The position numbers and the translations under genes were made by a program. From the NCBI GenBank assembly GCA_030141605.1, contig JAQGDQ010000116.1:496001-560000 (forward strand): 64,000 nucleotides of DNA, in the 5' to 3' direction. This DNA is from Tubiluchus corallicola (Eukaryota; Animalia; Priapulida). The notes beneath the pieces were generated by a model. That model worked only from the letters and a program-made list of their open reading frames with translations, searched no databases and was not told the origin of the DNA. Shown here piece after piece: positions 59,801 to 64,000 of the stretch (positions are counted from its first letter, which is position 1; each line of letters begins with the position of its first letter).

Positions 59801-62800
59801 TCAGATGCAAATTCCATTGAGATTGAGATTTGAAATTTGATTCGGATTCTGAAATTTTGATAAAATGAGTTTCTGTTTAGATCCAAATTCGTTAATTTTA
59901 GATTAGTGACATCCCTAACATAAGGTGAAAATGTTGGACCAGAAAAAATAATAGTATAGTGTGCAATAAAAGTATAGGTTGCCAATTTAATCTAACAGAT
60001 AAAAGTATAATGTGTATTGGTATTATAGAGTTGCAGTTAATGTTAAATGCTACTAGTATCAAATTGCATTACACTTTATGTTACTGATCACAGTTTCAGT
60101 CAAAGAGAAATTTTAAATAGAATGTGTTATAATAATTATTTATTAGAAGCAAGCCCATTGTATTTGTAACTACTGAATCCACACAATGAATGTGATTTTT
60201 CAACAAGCAAAAAAGCAGACTTAAGCGGTAGTGTTTGAGTATCTCTACATGTTTTCGATGTAATAAAATTTCTCGATCCAGTTATCTGATACCTGGGTGC
60301 ATACTTTGCCCATTGTTTTCACATAAAATATTGTTGATGCTGACCAAACTGCCCATCTGATAAACATGCAGCTACAAATAGTAACAGCTGACTAGAAAGG
60401 GTGAAAGCATCTGTGAAAGCTGTAAATAAACATAACTGTACCCTTGGGAAAACAGCGATCTCATATAAATTGCTTTTATACTTTAAATTTAAAAATGTAC
60501 TTTCTTTATGTGCAAAATTGGAAAACATGTAGAGTCCAATTAATGTTTTAAATAACCCGGAAAAATAAGCACATAGACCCAGTCAAGTCCGCATGGGCCT
60601 CCATTTTTTTCTTAAAAAATATCCTAATAATTATGGTTATTTGGAACGTATGAGTAGCTACTTTGCCACTGTACTGCTTACTGTCTTGTCTAACTTTTGA
60701 TGCCTGCGTGTATAGGTGCACATAGACCATGATGCGTATATGGACAATGACACTGGCAGTGACGAGGATACAGAAGAAGCTTTAGCAGAGTTTGACTTTC
60801 TTGGACCAGACGGGCCTGAAAATGATATTGAGGGTATTTGCATTTTTGTTGCAATCTAATAATTGTGGCAGTAGACTTGGAAGTGGTTCCAGCGTTTTCT
60901 ATGAGTAATTCTGTAGCAGTTGTCATCTACGTTATGCTGTGTGCATTATGTTAATGGAAATGATATTCGTGTTTTTTAAATTGCCATTTGTTCAACTTTA
61001 TTATAAAACTTATTTTTACTTTTACTAAATGTGTCATAAAGAGTTTTTTAAAGACTTTAAATTATATGGAAAATCTTGAGATGTTGGCTATTTTTCTAGG
61101 GAGACAACCTGATGGTCTTAATGAGGACTGGAGGTATGATGAGCAACGGATAAGCAAACTAAAGGAACAGTATAAAAAAGAAAGAAAGGGAAAGAAAAAT
61201 TTGCAGAGTGAGTAATTTCAAATTTCTTCTGTGTTTAATAGACAGTTTATTTGCTGATCAACAAATACATGCATAATAAAATATCACGTAGATATCCATA
61301 TAATTTTTTTTATAAATTAGCACATTTGCCATATGCTGTGCCTGCCAAGGCACATGCTGTTATATGCTGTCATATGTTATAGGCACATTTGTCACATGCT
61401 GTTATTTTGCATATTTTTGCTTCTTAAGGCATTGCTGTTTGTTTTATTTACATTGGAATTTTGCAATGTAATATGTTTGTTGTGATATGATTTCCTACTT
61501 AATAATTTAATTTAGGAATTTTCTGTGAGTGCATGGAGTTTTATTGTGGGCTGTGTAGCTTACATTTTTTTTATTAGACGATGCCTAGTGTTTTTTCTGC
61601 ATGACTTACTAGCAGCAAGTTGCCAGCTTGTATGTAGCAGCTTGTGGTTTGTTAGTCTAAGGAGAGATGAATTAAAAGCAATAATAATGCATGTTATTAA
61701 TTAGAAGTATTACTCGAATTAAAAAGACACTTGTGTGTAATTCATAGCTTTTTAGCTATTTAGCACTCGTAAAGTTAAATTTTCAGTTTCTTAATTATAT
61801 CTGCTTTTATGCCTGAAAGGTTATGATTAATTCTTTGTTGGGATTATGGGATATCTCTCTTTCATCTACCTTGCATGTATTGCTATAAGGTTACTATTCT
61901 GTGGCATGCTTGCATGTTGCAGGGCCAAAACGTTCAACGCTACAGGCAATGCTTGCTAACCTAGGCAGCGATTCTGATGCGCAACGCAATAGTGGGATGA
62001 GCTCCATCAGCCCTCCCACCTTGATTGATGCTGATGAAGCAGGTACGTCAGGTGACCCACCTGCATGTAGAAAAAACTACGTTTTCACTCGCCTTGTTTT
62101 GTAGTTGCTGGTTATTTTCTTTGGTTAGCAGGGGTTGTTTTAAAGCAGGTGGTTGATAAAATTTAGCTTTATTTTTTAAACTGTTAACTTTTTTTGTTTT
62201 GTGCAGTGTTTAAATGTAGCACTATGTGTTAAATGATTACTGCTTTCATTTGCAAGTCATAATTAGTCTAATTACATTTTTATCCCGTATTTTCCTCCTA
62301 ATGGTACTCTTAGATGTGCTGTATATGTTTCGCAAATACTGTTGCATATACCTTAGCAAATTTCTTGCGTCATATGTATAGCTACATGTTTATACGTACT
62401 TGAACTATACTGTATTATTAGATTCGCTTATAGCAATGGCTAGTACAATAATTAGTGATGACACTGATATACTACTTTTCATTGATTACAATCAATGTTT
62501 GAGGTAATATATCAGTGTAGAAAGCATGGTGTTTAAAAAATGGTTCTTTAAGTTGTAACTCTTTATTTTGAGGTCATTGCCCTCTCTTAAGTTTGGTTTT
62601 GATCACAGATTTTTTCTTTGAAATACACTATGAACATATGTTTATGTTGTCATTTTTGGTGCTGAGTTTTTCAGCAATTAAAAAGTAAAATGGTCAGATA
62701 AAAAATAGTTTCATAGTTCAACAAATTAATTGCTTATAGTGAAACCAACTTAAACACAAAGTTGACATTGATTCTGTATAACAAATCATTTGGGAATAGG

Positions 62801-63094
62801 CTGTTTAAATGTTACTGCTTACGTTATGTTACAGATGTTACTGCTTACTGTATCATCTGCAGAGTTTTTGTTATTCAGTTTTTGGTATTGATGCTTTCTG
62901 AAGTAATTCCCCCTTTTTATATTGCAGCTATACAAGGAAATCCTGCCTTGTCATTTCCGCAAGTTACGAGAAGACCTCTGGTGACAGGGTTAGGGCCAGA
63001 AGATGAAACTTTTGAAGCAGCCCTTGGACTAGGTGAACTTGCTGGTATAACTGTTTCAAATGAGTCAGATGCTGTCACATATGACATTGATGAT
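53807..63094 (+). CDS. STRN3: Striatin (STRN3/Cka-like, STRIPAK scaffold), first 11 coding exons; the WD40 exons lie beyond the window
   Basis: Exons: 53807-54010, 55434-55537, 55989-56050 (or 56059), 56406-56484, 57392-57568, 58733-58861, 58959-59034, 60716-60833, 61100-61207, 61923-62042, 62928-63094. All are GT-AG with consistent phases. Motifs: PQYSIPGILHFIQHEWSRFELERSHWEIERAELQARIAFLQGERKAQENLKNDLIRRIKMLEYALKQER, SWRQGRTLLRQYLQEIGYTDT, DTEEALAEFDFL, KLKEQYKKERKGKK, LGLGELAGITVSNE. Confidence 0.95.
61516..61524 (+). CDS. Candidate 9-nt in-frame microexon of striatin
   Basis: aatttaatttag|GAATTTTCT|gtgagt, preceded by an AG-free zone of about 85 nt. It is phase 1-1 compatible and changes R-P to R-I-F-W-P. 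Confidence 0.55.
61530..62067 (+). promoter_or_regulatory. Rbfox-type splicing regulatory cluster (TGCATG x6)
   Basis: TGCATG at 61530, 61598, 61688, 61872, 61911 and 62062, plus GCATG at 61904. Confidence 0.65.
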
Positions 63095-64000
63095 GTAAGT
63101 AATCATATATCAGTGTTTGTTACTATACTAAATGCATGAAATATTTTTACATACCTCTAGGTTTCTTCTCCTCATTTTCATCCTTTGGGGAAACAAAAAT
63201 TCTTATTTGTTTGATACTGTTTCAGTTTTTCTAGGTTTCTATTAAGTATTACATCTTATTCATCTAATTTTACTTACAATGTACTTGTTCTGTATTAATT
63301 GTGCAAGCAACTTAGACCATTATTGTTTGTGGCTTTGGTTACTGTTTGTTGATTAAAGAATATTATGCAAGGAGTTTTGAACTAACGAGCTGCAAATTAG
63401 ATAGGTCTCAGTGATTACACTACAAATAAAATCACTGTTGGCCAAAATTGGTTAAGTGAGTCCTTAATTACACATACAACAGCATATGTAAAAATCATTT
63501 CTTTTGTAAGTACAGCCATTAGCTAACACTGTAGTTACATTTTTTCACGTTGAACACTGCTGAGTGACTCCAGTTATTCTTTTTTGTTTGGTAGAGTAAT
63601 TTTTTTGCCAAAACTATTTGATAAACAATCAACAAAAGCTACATGATATTATTGCTGTCGTGTTTCAATTCAGCATGATTTCTGTATGTAATGTCTGACT
63701 TTCAAAATGTCCAAGCACACGATAGGCTTTGGTTAGTGTGTTTTATGAAAAAATATTCTTCATTTTGCGACTTTGTGAATACTGTGAGATATTCACTTCA
63801 TATTAATTTTTTGTTCAATTTAGTAGCCCAAATTTAAAATATGTCTCCAAGTACTTTTTGTTGCAGTCATCTTATAATTTATGGAGCACTTCTTTATTGC
63901 TACAGTGAGATTAATTGAGGGGCTGATTGATTATTTGGTTAATTAAAACAGCAATACCACAGCATGTAATAGTAGACTGTAACATTATTTTTGTTGCATA

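Noticed and set aside
1-64000. CRISPR arrays, tRNA/rRNA genes, hammerhead ribozymes, operons
   Set aside because: By eye I found no regularly spaced repeat-spacer array, tRNA cloverleaf, rRNA signature or complete CTGANGA..GAAA core; the DNA is eukaryotic. A covariance-model scan would be needed to exclude small ncRNAs.

Overview
AT-rich (roughly one-third GC) eukaryotic DNA from an invertebrate animal, with GT-AG introns, microsatellites and decayed transposons; no prokaryotic features. Four protein-coding genes were reconstructed by hand with consistent splice phases. (1) FBXO45/Fsn (minus, 2 exons, 258 aa) lies head-to-head with (2) a FARP/Cdep/FRMD7-family FERM+FA gene (plus, 11 coding exons, about 1515 aa). 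That gene ends in one 3.26-kb exon encoding an acidic disordered tail and shows no DH-PH GEF module in the window. (3) SLC25A29 mitochondrial carrier (minus, 3 coding exons, 327 aa, N-terminally extended). (4) The 5' half of striatin (plus, 11 exons, continuing past the window). The most interesting signals concern splicing: a candidate 9-nt in-frame microexon in striatin between an MBNL-type YGCY cluster and a dense Rbfox TGCATG cluster, and a candidate 22-nt stop-containing exon that could remove the FERM protein's 1087-aa tail. The large FERM intron also holds a CpG-rich domain with several cryptic exon-like segments. Mobile DNA includes two decayed LINEs, Helentron-like non-autonomous elements and hAT/other MITEs. 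All splicing and regulatory calls are sequence-based inferences that need RNA evidence.
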